This document shows, piece by piece, positions 31,714 through 40,449 of a DNA stretch of 64,000 nt. The notes beneath the pieces are model-generated. The model searched no databases. It was not told the DNA's origin and saw nothing but the letters and a program-made list of their open reading frames with translations. Position numbers and translations under genes: made by a program. Origin of the DNA: Synechococcaceae bacterium WB9_2_112 (GTDB lineage: Bacteria; Cyanobacteriota; Cyanobacteriia; PCC-6307; Cyanobiaceae); the NCBI GenBank assembly GCA_010027605.1, contig RGUW01000001.1, forward strand, positions 2,136 through 66,135. The letters are read 5' to 3'. How positions within the stretch are numbered: the stretch's first letter is position 1; every line of letters begins with the position of its first letter.

Positions 31714-31983
31714 GTGCCTCTTTATCGCGCGCGTGTGCAGGTCTCACTGCGGCCGTCTGTGCTTGACCCGGCCGGGGAGGCGACGCGGGCAGCGGCGGCC
31801 AGGCTTGGTGTTGACGGCATCAGTCGGTTGCGCATCGGCAAGGCCATTGAGGTGGAGCTCGAAGCAGAAGACTCAGAAAGGGCTCGAGCCCAGCTCGAGC
31901 TGCTCAGCGATCGTCTGCTGGCCAATCCCGTGATTGAGAACTGGCAGCTTGACTTCATCTCTGACACCAGTGCAGGAGCCTGA
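31714..31983 (+). CDS. purS: phosphoribosylformylglycinamidine synthase subunit PurS
   Basis: 89 aa with RPSVLDPAGEA and a GTG start. It lies immediately upstream of purQ. Confidence 0.9.
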   Translation: MPLYRARVQVSLRPSVLDPAGEATRAAAARLGVDGISRLRIGKAIEVELEAEDSERARAQLELLSDRLLANPVIENWQLDFISDTSAGA

Positions 31984-31986
31984 ACG

Positions 31987-32643
31987 ATGACTCTCGGCAT
32001 CGTGGTGTTTCCTGGGTCCAACTGCGACCGTGATGTGCAGTGGGCCGCCGAAGGATGTCTGGGAATCCCGACCCGGTTTCTCTGGCATGAGGAGCGTGAC
32101 CTTGAGGGGCTGGAGGCCGTGGTCATTCCGGGTGGGTTCAGTTATGGCGACTACCTGCGCTGTGGTGCAATCGCTCGGTTTGCGCCGGTTCTGCAGGAAG
32201 TGGCGGCATTCGCCCAGCGCGGCGGGCGTGTGCTCGGGATCTGCAACGGTTTCCAGGTGTTGACCGAGATGGGTCTGTTGCCAGGCGCACTCACACGCAA
32301 CGCCCATCTGCACTTCATCTGCGAATCAGCCGCCCTCGAAGTCAGTCCTGGATCGTGTCAATGGCTGCAGCGTTACGAGACGGGTGAAGTCGTCAGCTTT
32401 CCCATCGCCCATGGTGAGGGTCGTTACCAGGTGGAGCCGGATCAGCTCCGGGCTCTGGAAGACAACGGCCAGGTGGTGCTCCGCTACCAGCGGAACCCCA
32501 ACGGCTCCGTAGGAGCTGTGGCCGGTGTCAGCAATGCAGAGGGCAATGTTCTGGGTCTGATGCCTCACCCCGAGCGGGCTTGTGACCCTGCCACCGGTGG
32601 CAGCGATGGTCGCCGACTGCTCGAGGCTCTGCTGATGGCCTGA
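31987..32643 (+). CDS. purQ: phosphoribosylformylglycinamidine synthase I (glutaminase subunit)
   Basis: [21 protein letters not shown], the catalytic GICNGFQ and the C-terminal MPHPER. Confidence 0.95.
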   Translation: MTLGIVVFPGSNCDRDVQWAAEGCLGIPTRFLWHEERDLEGLEAVVIPGGFSYGDYLRCGAIARFAPVLQEVAAFAQRGGRVLGICNGFQVLTEMGLLPGALTRNAHLHFICESAALEVSPGSCQWLQRYETGEVVSFPIAHGEGRYQVEPDQLRALEDNGQVVLRYQRNPNGSVGAVAGVSNAEGNVLGLMPHPERACDPATGGSDGRRLLEALLMA

Positions 32644-32644
32644 C

Positions 32645-32674
32645 CAACAAAAATGGGGGCCCAGGGCCCCCATT
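32645..32674 (-). terminator. rho-independent terminator of the peroxiredoxin gene (possibly bidirectional with purQ)
   Basis: GC-rich stem of about 10 bp, AATGGGGGCC/GGCCCCCATT (32652-32674). On the minus strand it is followed by TTTTTGTTGG. It sits between the convergent purQ and prx stops. Confidence 0.65.
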
Positions 32675-32693
32675 GCGATCGCGTGGCCGGGTC

Positions 32694-33284
32694 TCAGTTG
32701 ACCGCGGCAAAGAAATCCTTCGACTTCACAGGGTCAGGATTCATGGTCTTGTCACCGGGGTTCCAGTTGGCCGGGCACACTTCATCAGGGTGCGATTGCA
32801 CGTACTGGAAGGCCTGAAGCAGCCGCAGGGTCTCATCCACGCTGCGACCCACGGGCAGGTTGTTGATGGTCGACTGCATGATCACCCCCTGGGGATCGAT
32901 GATGAACAGTCCGCGCAGAGCGACGCCGGCGTCCTCATCGAGCACTTCATAGGCGCGGGCGATCTCCTTCTTGAGATCGGCCACCAGTGGGTAGGCGATG
33001 TCGCCGAGGCCACCGTTCTTACGCTCGGTCTGAATCCAGGCCAGATGGCTGAACTCACTGTCGACCGAAACGCCGAGAACTTCGCAGTTACGGCTGGAGA
33101 AATCGCTGTAACGATCCGAGAACGCCGTGATCTCGGTGGGGCACACGAAGGTGAAGTCGAGCGGGTAGAAGAACAGCACGACGTACTTGCCCCGGTACTG
33201 CGAGAGGGACACCGTCTTGAATTCCTGGTCCACCACGGCGGTGGCGGTGAAATCGGGAGCAGGCAGGCCGACGAGCCGGGACAT
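32694..33284 (-). CDS. 2-Cys peroxiredoxin
   Basis: [15 protein letters not shown] (peroxidatic Cys) and the C-terminal EVCPANW (resolving Cys). ATG 33284 lies inside ORF 32694..33335. Confidence 0.93.
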   Translation of the reverse strand: MSRLVGLPAPDFTATAVVDQEFKTVSLSQYRGKYVVLFFYPLDFTFVCPTEITAFSDRYSDFSSRNCEVLGVSVDSEFSHLAWIQTERKNGGLGDIAYPLVADLKKEIARAYEVLDEDAGVALRGLFIIDPQGVIMQSTINNLPVGRSVDETLRLLQAFQYVQSHPDEVCPANWNPGDKTMNPDPVKSKDFFAAVN

Positions 33285-33452
33285 GGTGAGCAGTGCTGCG
33301 ATTGGGAATGGGGCGTGAAACCTGCCAGAGCTCAACCACTCGAACCCGAGCGATCAGGTCAAAGTTGAACCGAGTACGGGTTGCACCTTTACAATCTATC
33401 ACAGTCTTGGCGAGGTCCAGGACCTTTAGGCTGGACCAAAAGCGGTGATGCC

Positions 33453-33839
33453 GTGACCTGGGACCCCTCCGTACTGCGCAAATACAACACCACGGGGCAC
33501 TTCCGGTTGCTGAATCAGGTCAGGACTGAACTCAAGGACAACCCACTGGTCCGGCCTCAGGAGGGTCAGACCGTGGCCGAAGTGAACCGCAGCCGCGCCT
33601 TGATCCGGGCCACCGAAGGGCGCACCGCATCCACCCAACGGGCTTCGCGGCGCAGCGCAGCGACGCGTGAAGAGCGCAACAGTGGCGAGCGCTCTGTACA
33701 GCCTCAGCGCAACACCCACGCTTCCGTGGTTCCCGATCAGAACCATGAAACCTTCACGGTCGTTCCGGTGATCAGTCTTGAGGACGATGCAGGGGTGAAC
33801 GGATTCCGTGACCGACTCAACGCCGTGGAGCTGCGCTGA
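33453..33839 (+). CDS. hypothetical protein (basic, low-complexity middle)
   Basis: ORF 33381..33839. A promoter-like TTGAAC (33365-33370) and TACAAT (33390-33395) pair overlaps the first ORF codons, so in-frame GTG 33453 (VTWDPSVLRKYNTTGHFRLLNQ...) is preferred. No family recognised. Confidence 0.45.
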   Translation: MTWDPSVLRKYNTTGHFRLLNQVRTELKDNPLVRPQEGQTVAEVNRSRALIRATEGRTASTQRASRRSAATREERNSGERSVQPQRNTHASVVPDQNHETFTVVPVISLEDDAGVNGFRDRLNAVELR

Positions 33840-33856
33840 GTGACGGCATGGCGACA

Positions 33857-33930
33857 TGGCTCGGGGGAGACTTGAACTCCCGACCTTGGGGTTATGAATC
33901 CCACGCTCTAACCAGCTGAGCTACCGAGCC
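33857..33930 (-). tRNA. tRNA with anticodon CAT (elongator Met or lysidine-modified Ile2)
   Basis: Minus strand: GGCTCGG TAGCTCAGCTGGTTAGAGC G TGGGA TTCATAA CCCCA AGGTC GGGAG TTCAAGT CTCCC CCGAGCC A. This is a full 74-nt cloverleaf. The G1-C72 pair argues against an initiator. CCA is not encoded. Confidence 0.9.
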
Positions 33931-33977
33931 CCGGTGAGGTCACTTTAGACGATCGCCTTCCAGAGCCTGGACAGCGA

Positions 33978-35003
33978 TCAGGCCCGCTGGGGCAGAAACG
34001 CCAGCGGATTGACGGCCCCCCGTCCGGGTGGATGGATCTCAAAGTGCAGGTGGGGTCCGGTGCTGCGGCCGGTGCTGCCCATCTGGGAAATGGGCTGGCC
34101 CTGATGCACGGTTTCGCCGACCTGAACCAGGAGTCTGCTGTTGTGGGCGTAGAGCGAACTGCTGCCATCGGCATGGCTGAGGCTGACCAGGTAGCCATAG
34201 CCGCCGCTGTGCCATCCCGAGAACGTGACGACGCCATCCTTGGCCGCCACAACGGGGGTTCCCACATTGTTGGCGATGTCGATGCCCTTGTGCATCCGAC
34301 CCCAACGCCAACCAAAGCCCGAACTGAACAGACCCCGTGTGGGCCAGATCCAACCATCGCTGGAGATCGATTTGTCGATGTCGCGCCCATCGCCACCAAG
34401 GTCGGGCAGCTCAGGCCAGCTCAGACCGCTGGTCATGGGCTTGAGGCCCAGGAGCAGGCGCGGCCGTGAGGGGGCCGACTGAACCACGGTGATCGGAGCG
34501 CCGACGACCAGACGTGCTGTTTCGAGACCAGGATTGAGCTTGAGCAACTCCTGCAGGGTCATGCCGTAACGGCGCGCGATCTGCCGCACGGTGTCGCCGA
34601 GACGGACGACTGCATTGGTCTGCAGAGGTGGGAGCTGTTGCAGCGGCGGGGTTCGCCGCAGATCGCTGCTGTCGATCTGTGGAATCAAACGGGCGAGTCG
34701 GGACGATGCAGCCGGCACGACCAGCCAGTCGCCCTTGCTGAACTGATGATCCGGTGCGACGTCATTGAGCTGGGCCAGGCGGCTGTCGGGGATGTCCAGT
34801 GAGTCAGCCAGGTCGCTGAGGAGCAGGTCCTGGCGGAGCCTGAGCCAGACGCGATCAGTCACCGCTGCAACGGGGGGCAGAGCGGCGATCTGATGGTTTT
34901 GCTCAGTGCGGTCCCAACCACTGGGCCCCATGGCCACGACGACTGCCGGTACCGATACCGGGAGCAGACACAACAGCGGTAGGCACAAACGCAAAGGCTT
35001 CAC
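33978..35003 (-). CDS. M23 family metallopeptidase with LysM-like domains
   Basis: The C-terminal HKGIDIA...GTPVVAAKDG...HLHFEI is an M23 signature. Upstream LysM-like segments (RLAQLNDV..., VRQIARRYGMTLQELLKLNPGL) and a signal peptide are present. Confidence 0.88.
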   Translation of the reverse strand: MKPLRLCLPLLCLLPVSVPAVVVAMGPSGWDRTEQNHQIAALPPVAAVTDRVWLRLRQDLLLSDLADSLDIPDSRLAQLNDVAPDHQFSKGDWLVVPAASSRLARLIPQIDSSDLRRTPPLQQLPPLQTNAVVRLGDTVRQIARRYGMTLQELLKLNPGLETARLVVGAPITVVQSAPSRPRLLLGLKPMTSGLSWPELPDLGGDGRDIDKSISSDGWIWPTRGLFSSGFGWRWGRMHKGIDIANNVGTPVVAAKDGVVTFSGWHSGGYGYLVSLSHADGSSSLYAHNSRLLVQVGETVHQGQPISQMGSTGRSTGPHLHFEIHPPGRGAVNPLAFLPQRA

Positions 35004-35178
35004 ACATCACCCATCGAACAACACCCGCGGAGAAGCCACTATCCGTAGGCGCGCAGACAGTAACCCACAGACTCACTGAAGACAAGCATTCGTAACTACA
35101 TTCGCATGCCTGAGATTGGCAACAACCCTTGCACAGCAGGCATTCTGCAGAGATCCTCCCAGCCAGGAAACGCCCGGA

Positions 35179-35694
35179 TCACGACAGGTGAGACCCTGTC
35201 GTTCCAGCCACCCCAGCGTCAGCTGTGCTGCCCAGTTGCCTGAGGGCTTCGAACAGCACGACACCGACCGAGACGGACAGATTCAGGGAGCGCACACCGG
35301 ATTGACCGGCCCTGGCCTGCTGAGGCATCGGAATCGTGAGAGCGGCATCAGCCTCGACCAGCACCGCGTCAGGCAGCCCATCGGTTTCCCGGCCAAACAA
35401 CAGCCAGTCATCAACGGCAAAGCGAAACGAGGCATAGGACTGGCTGGCATGACTGCTCAGGGCGATCAGGCGGCCCGAGCCCCGTCGCAGGGCCTGAAAA
35501 GCCCGCCAATCGGCATGACGGTGGAGGTCGATCAGAGGCCAGTAGTCGAGACCTGCTCGCCTGAGTGTCCTGTCGTCGATGGCAAAACCAAGCGGTTCGA
35601 TGAGATGCAGCGGTGTGGCCGTGGCGGCACAGGTGCGGCCCACGTTGCCTGTGTTCGGAGGGATCTGTGGTTGAAAGAGAACGATGGCTGGCAT
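35179..35694 (-). CDS. trmL: tRNA (cytidine/uridine-2'-O)-methyltransferase TrmL (SpoU family)
   Basis: IVLFQPQIPPNTGNVGRTCAAT and RRAGLDYW, in a 171-aa SPOUT fold. The start overlaps the cobU stop (TGATG). Confidence 0.85.
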   Translation of the reverse strand: MPAIVLFQPQIPPNTGNVGRTCAATATPLHLIEPLGFAIDDRTLRRAGLDYWPLIDLHRHADWRAFQALRRGSGRLIALSSHASQSYASFRFAVDDWLLFGRETDGLPDAVLVEADAALTIPMPQQARAGQSGVRSLNLSVSVGVVLFEALRQLGSTADAGVAGTTGSHLS

Positions 35695-36284
35695 CAGCAG
35701 GTGCCTGCAGCAATGCCGGCATCAACGACCGGCACGCTGTGGCGCATCAGATCGAGGGCGCGGCCGTGCAGCACCAACCAGGCGGCGTCGCAGCTGGGCA
35801 TGAGACGTTGCGTGAGTGATCCCAATCGCTCGCGGAACACTCCCCCGGCCGCCGTGCTGGGGACAACGCCCCAGCCGGTTTCTTCGGCGACCAGAATCAC
35901 CGGCCCGGCAACGGTCGGCAGAACCTGCTGCAAGGCCTGGCAGTGTCGCTCCCAGGAGTCAGGCTCAAGATCAAGCCCACTGGCGACCCAGGTGCCTAGC
36001 GAGTCCACCAGCGCGAGTTGCCCAGATTGAATGCCCTGCAGGGCCTCCGGCAGGGCCAGTGCCACGTCCTGGCAGAGCCAGTGCCTGGGGCGTCGCTGCC
36101 GGTGGGCCAGCAATCGTGCCTGCCAGGCTGGATCATCAGGCAGTTGCGGTCCCGTTGCCAGATAGCAGACCTGCAATCCCGAAGCAGCGGCCAGATGTTC
36201 GGCCCAGACACTCTTGCCACTGCTGGCAGGTCCGCTCACCAGGGTGATGCGGGCTGCTGTGATGCCGGTTGCGTCAGCCGCCAC
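35694..36284 (-). CDS. cobU: adenosylcobinamide kinase / adenosylcobinamide-phosphate guanylyltransferase
   Basis: P-loop VSGPASSGKSVWAE, YLATG and VAEETGWGVVP...FRERLG, typical of CobU/CobP. Confidence 0.85.
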   Translation of the reverse strand: MAADATGITAARITLVSGPASSGKSVWAEHLAAASGLQVCYLATGPQLPDDPAWQARLLAHRQRRPRHWLCQDVALALPEALQGIQSGQLALVDSLGTWVASGLDLEPDSWERHCQALQQVLPTVAGPVILVAEETGWGVVPSTAAGGVFRERLGSLTQRLMPSCDAAWLVLHGRALDLMRHSVPVVDAGIAAGTC

Positions 36285-37416
36285 CGTTCATGTTGCGCAG
36301 AGTGGCCACAGACGAAGGCGAGACCCGGTTGAGGTAACGGAAGATCCAGTACTTGAACACGGTGGCCAACACCACCGGGAACGTGGCGATGAACAGCATG
36401 ATGAAATTTTCTCGGGCCGGAACTCCGAGATGGTGGGCGACACCATCGAGCAAAACAGTCCATCCTTCAGGAGAATGGAATCCAACAAAGATATCTGTAA
36501 AAAGAATGATGGCAAATGCCTTTGCGCTGTCGCTCAATCCATAGATCAGCTCATCGATGAAACCACGCAGAACCTGAAGATCTCTGCGGCAGACCACACA
36601 GACCAGAACGAAGCCGACAAGAGCGAACAGATCAGCGATGACGTTCTTGATGGCTTCCGTACTTTCTTCGTCGGCCTGGTCCTTGAGTGTTTGCGCCTTG
36701 TCGGCCAGTTGCTGTTGCAGCTCCTGGCGAGTCGGTAAGGGTTTGCCGTTGAGGAGCGCATCGAATTCGATCTCAGCCTGAAAGACCCTCAGCTTTTCGA
36801 CGGCACGCTCCTCGAGAGCCGGCTTCGGATAGGTCAGGAAGCCACTCGTCGGGGCGTAATGGTTGACCAGTGGGGAAACGATGAACAAGCGAGTGGATTG
36901 CTGCACCAGAACGGGAACAAGAATCAGCAGCAGCAGCACCCGCAACGACACGAGGGTCGAATCGCGCCGACGCCGGAACCCTGCCACCAGGGAGGCCTCA
37001 GCCTCGGGATCGAGTTGACGTCTGACCTGATCCACAACACCGATCAGGCTGCGTGGCAGAACCTCGGGCGAGCGGCTCAATGAAGGCAATGGTTTGCGGT
37101 TGGCATAGCGCATCACCACATCTTCAAGAAGCTGGAGCTGACGAAGTTCCTGGCCAGACAGCTCTGAACGATGGGAATCCAGCGCCTCATAGGCGTCGCG
37201 GCAGACCTGCAGAGCCGCTCGAAAGCGCCTGAGGATCAACGCCTGAGTTGCCGCCGGCAGTCGCAGATCGATTTCAGGTCTGACGGGCCGATCGTTGTAA
37301 TGCTCAAGCTCAATGCTCTGAATCAGCAGCGCCGCTTCGTACCCCCTCTCCAACTGATTGGTGAGGTCCACGGAGCCAGCGCGGCCGAATGTTCCGATCC
37401 AGTCGTTGAGTGCCAT
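36274..37416 (-). CDS. cemA: envelope membrane / proton extrusion protein CemA (PxcA)
   Basis: The C-terminal FHSPEGW...FIATFPVVLATVFKYWIFRYLNRVSPSSVATLRNMN matches the CemA family. The stop overlaps the cobU start by 11 nt. Confidence 0.85.
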   Translation of the reverse strand: MALNDWIGTFGRAGSVDLTNQLERGYEAALLIQSIELEHYNDRPVRPEIDLRLPAATQALILRRFRAALQVCRDAYEALDSHRSELSGQELRQLQLLEDVVMRYANRKPLPSLSRSPEVLPRSLIGVVDQVRRQLDPEAEASLVAGFRRRRDSTLVSLRVLLLLILVPVLVQQSTRLFIVSPLVNHYAPTSGFLTYPKPALEERAVEKLRVFQAEIEFDALLNGKPLPTRQELQQQLADKAQTLKDQADEESTEAIKNVIADLFALVGFVLVCVVCRRDLQVLRGFIDELIYGLSDSAKAFAIILFTDIFVGFHSPEGWTVLLDGVAHHLGVPARENFIMLFIATFPVVLATVFKYWIFRYLNRVSPSSVATLRNMNGGG

Positions 37417-37419
37417 CGG

Positions 37420-38196
37420 TCAACGGGAGAAGACCCACCAGGTGAGCATCGGCACGATGGTGCCGACCACAAGCAAAACTGCAACCCATGTGAAGGCCCG
37501 GCTGGACTGGGTCTCCTCGCGGCTGGGAATGGATGAGGCCACCGCCGTGGTCGTTGCGATCACGGGTTCACCAGGATCAGGCTCTCCACTGAGAACAGCA
37601 CGGATCCTGGTCACGGCATCAAGACTGGCCTGGCGGTAGCGGCCACCTTCACGCAGGGGCTGCGTCATGGTGGTACGGCTGGTGCTGCTCAACAAGGATG
37701 GCTCGAGGCGGTTGCTGAGCGAGTCGCTCGCCACGATGGCGGTGCCACTGGTCTGGGAGTCGATCAGGAACAACAGTTGTGGTGGTGCGGACTGGGTGCT
37801 GGACTCCCAACGCCGCAGGATCTCCTGGCCCAGTTGCCCCAGAGAGAGCCCGTAATCCAGGCGCGGCACACTGATCCAGCTGGCTTCAACCCCGAACTCG
37901 TCGAATGAGGCGAGGCTCTTGGACAGTTCCGACCGACTGGCACGGCTCAGCACATCCGCCTGATCCAGCACATGGGCGGGCGGCGGATCCAGGGGTAGGT
38001 CGGCGGCGCTGAGGGCATGGGCCGGCTCGAAAGGAAGTGCCACAAGCACCACAGCCACCAACAGAAGGAACCCACGCTTCAGGGCATGAACGAGGTTCCG
38101 ATGTCGATCAGACAAGACAGCAGACAGCCGCAAGGGTGCAGACACAGATTCACCCAGTCTGCCGCCTGTGCGTGTGCGTGTCTCCCCCTCTGACAA
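37420..38196 (-). CDS. TPM domain-containing protein (Psb32-like)
   Basis: Signal/TM segment, then a TPM-like VLDQADVLSRASRSEL...W pattern and a C-terminal TM anchor. Confidence 0.65.
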   Translation of the reverse strand: MSEGETRTRTGGRLGESVSAPLRLSAVLSDRHRNLVHALKRGFLLLVAVVLVALPFEPAHALSAADLPLDPPPAHVLDQADVLSRASRSELSKSLASFDEFGVEASWISVPRLDYGLSLGQLGQEILRRWESSTQSAPPQLLFLIDSQTSGTAIVASDSLSNRLEPSLLSSTSRTTMTQPLREGGRYRQASLDAVTRIRAVLSGEPDPGEPVIATTTAVASSIPSREETQSSRAFTWVAVLLVVGTIVPMLTWWVFSR

Positions 38197-38205
38197 CGGG
38201 CCTCC

Positions 38206-38610
38206 TCAGCCCAGAGCATCGCGATGCAGGATCGCGATCACGTCAAGGATCTGGGCGCAGCGCTCGGGCGCGACCGTCAGCCGGGAAGACAGCTCCTGAA
38301 GAAAGGTCTCTTCCACCGGTCGCACCTCACGGTCAGCCCGCACCAGATGGGCAGCAAGAGCCAGCACCGTCTCCTGCTGTGTGGTTGTGAGACAGGGAGC
38401 GGCTGTGGTGATCAGCGCTGACCAGCCCTGCTGGCGCAGTTGCGTCAGCAGGCGATCGAAGAGCCGGCCCATCTCCTGTTCGCTCTGGTGGTTGAACGGG
38501 GTCAGGAACTCGAGTCGTGAGCGCAGCATCTGCGCTTCTTCCTTGCCCAGCTGACCGTCACATCCGACGGCAGCGAGGCAGACCGCGGCAAAGGCTTCTG
38601 AAGGCGTCAT
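38206..38610 (-). CDS. TerB-like (tellurite-resistance TerB family) protein
   Basis: 134-aa helical ORF. AAVGCDGQLGKEEAQ...LVRADREVRPVEETFL resembles the TerB fold repeat. The assignment is tentative. Confidence 0.45.
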   Translation of the reverse strand: MTPSEAFAAVCLAAVGCDGQLGKEEAQMLRSRLEFLTPFNHQSEQEMGRLFDRLLTQLRQQGWSALITTAAPCLTTTQQETVLALAAHLVRADREVRPVEETFLQELSSRLTVAPERCAQILDVIAILHRDALG

Positions 38611-38669
38611 CGGCTCTGTTGACTCACTGGTATTGCAGCAAGGATCCGACGATCCGGCATCCTTGGGTC

Positions 38670-39368
38670 ATGACGCTCTCAGCTCGCCTGTGCATGGCCG
38701 TGGGTGCAGGCGCCCTGCTGCTCACGGTCATCAACCAGCTGACCGCCCCTGCACTCGAGCCGGCACTGGAGCGCAGTTCGGTGCTGGCGGCCCTTCTGGC
38801 GGTGGGGTTGCTGTTGATCGGCGTGTTGTGGACCCGCCTGCAACCTGAACCCGCCGAACGGGCATCGCTGCAGGGCCATGAAGGCATGCTCCTGCGCCGT
38901 GCCCTGCCCCAGGAGCTTGTTGCCGAGCTGTGCTGGGGAACGCAGATGCTGCTCACCGCGACACCAGCCGCCGTGGTCCTGGTGCTCTGGGATGGGGAAC
39001 TGTTGGTCCACCGAGGCTTGATGGATCCTTCGGTGCAGCAGTCGGGATTTGTGCCGGGACCGATCTGTCAGCTGGCCTGGGAGCGTGATCGCAGCATCCA
39101 TCTGGTGGATCTCAGGCACTACCCGGGTCGTGACGAATTCATGACTCTGTTGGAGGGCTTGCCGAGCGTCATCGTGCAGCCCCTGGGCCTGCGTGGCTTG
39201 CTGGTGTTGGGTGGTTGGTCTCCGCGATGCTTCAGCACCGCCGATCAAACGTGGATCGAAGGCTGGGCTCTGCGGCTCAGAGATGTTTGGCTTCTGCCCG
39301 GGATGGCCGACCAGGGTTGGGTTGGGGCAACACCAGCGTCGAGCGCACCCGAGAACCCGGGGCAGTGA
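38670..39368 (+). CDS. hypothetical membrane protein
   Basis: ATG 38670 lies inside ORF 38517..39368. Two N-terminal TM segments are followed by a soluble domain. No family confidently recognised. Confidence 0.5.
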   Translation: MTLSARLCMAVGAGALLLTVINQLTAPALEPALERSSVLAALLAVGLLLIGVLWTRLQPEPAERASLQGHEGMLLRRALPQELVAELCWGTQMLLTATPAAVVLVLWDGELLVHRGLMDPSVQQSGFVPGPICQLAWERDRSIHLVDLRHYPGRDEFMTLLEGLPSVIVQPLGLRGLLVLGGWSPRCFSTADQTWIEGWALRLRDVWLLPGMADQGWVGATPASSAPENPGQ

Positions 39369-40449
39369 ATTCGAACAGCCCCTCGGGCCCAAGACGTCCG
39401 CTGAGCTGACCGGCACGGGTGGTCTGACGGTTGGCCCTCCGCTTGAGCACGACATGGCCGGTCGCCAGAACGGCGTTGGTTGTCCAGTTCCAGGTGCAGT
39501 GATCGGCGCGTAGATGCCCTTCGGGCTGTCGCAGGCGACAGTCTTGCGCGATCGAGGCCTCCGTGGCGTTCAGAGCCAGGCTCAGACCTTTGCCATCGAT
39601 CTGCAGAGCCCCGTAGGCGCCTGTAAAGGGGGCCTCGCTCGCCAACACGTTGGTGTTGAGATCAATAGTGGTGGTTGCTGTGTTCAGCCAGGCCCGCTGG
39701 GCCGGGGACACAACATGCACAGGAGCCAGCAACTCCAATCGCTTGGTGAGGGTGTTGCCGCGCAGGCCGGTGGCCTGCAGGCGTTGACCGACTGTCTTGG
39801 AACGACCGCTGGTCGCCACCACCGGACCCGGCGCCACCAGCGCACCACTGCCAGGGGACCAATCGAGCTGGGGGGCCGTGAGCCTGAGCTGATTGAGGCC
39901 GTCTTGGCTGTTGCCGTTGCTGGCGACGCTCGGCCTGCCGCGTAGTTCGAGCAGGTCACGGTCGACCCAGAGGGTCGCCTTGCTGGCCCTCAGCCGCAGA
40001 CGGGTGTCAAACGCCTCGGGATGGCGATCGAGTTCGAGCCGTTGCTGACGCGGGTACCAACGCATGCGTGTGGCGGTGACCGTGAAGGGTTCAGGGCCCA
40101 GGCGTTGGATCGTCACCAACCCCTCAAGCTGGATCACCTCACCGTCGTTGAGCACGGTGCCGTGGCTGGCAGCGAGGCGATAGACAGGGCGGCCCTGCTG
40201 GCTGATCTCACCGCGAAGATCGCGTGCCTGCGCCAGGCGGCGGGCAAGGTCATAGCGCGCTTCCGGACTGATGACCTGCCACTGCGGTCGCCCTGCCGAA
40301 TCCTGCTGCCGCAGATTCAACGCCTGAAAGACAAAGGGTGTCGCACGGCTGGAATTGTCGCGACGGCTGGACTGGCCGCAGCCACTCAGCACCATCAGGG
40401 CTGCCAGCGCCAGAGGGGCACCGTGATGACGGCCCGACCCGGGCATCAC
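39277..40449 (-). CDS. LptC-like / OstA-like periplasmic lipoprotein
   Basis: Lipobox LSGC near the N-terminus, then a beta-rich repeat pattern resembling LptC/LptA (LRGEISQQGRPVYRLAASHGTVLNDGEVIQLEG...). It overlaps the metG stop by 4 nt. Confidence 0.55.
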   Translation of the reverse strand: MMPGSGRHHGAPLALAALMVLSGCGQSSRRDNSSRATPFVFQALNLRQQDSAGRPQWQVISPEARYDLARRLAQARDLRGEISQQGRPVYRLAASHGTVLNDGEVIQLEGLVTIQRLGPEPFTVTATRMRWYPRQQRLELDRHPEAFDTRLRLRASKATLWVDRDLLELRGRPSVASNGNSQDGLNQLRLTAPQLDWSPGSGALVAPGPVVATSGRSKTVGQRLQATGLRGNTLTKRLELLAPVHVVSPAQRAWLNTATTTIDLNTNVLASEAPFTGAYGALQIDGKGLSLALNATEASIAQDCRLRQPEGHLRADHCTWNWTTNAVLATGHVVLKRRANRQTTRAGQLSGRLGPEGLFEFTAPGSRVRSTLVLPQPNPGRPSRAEAKHL

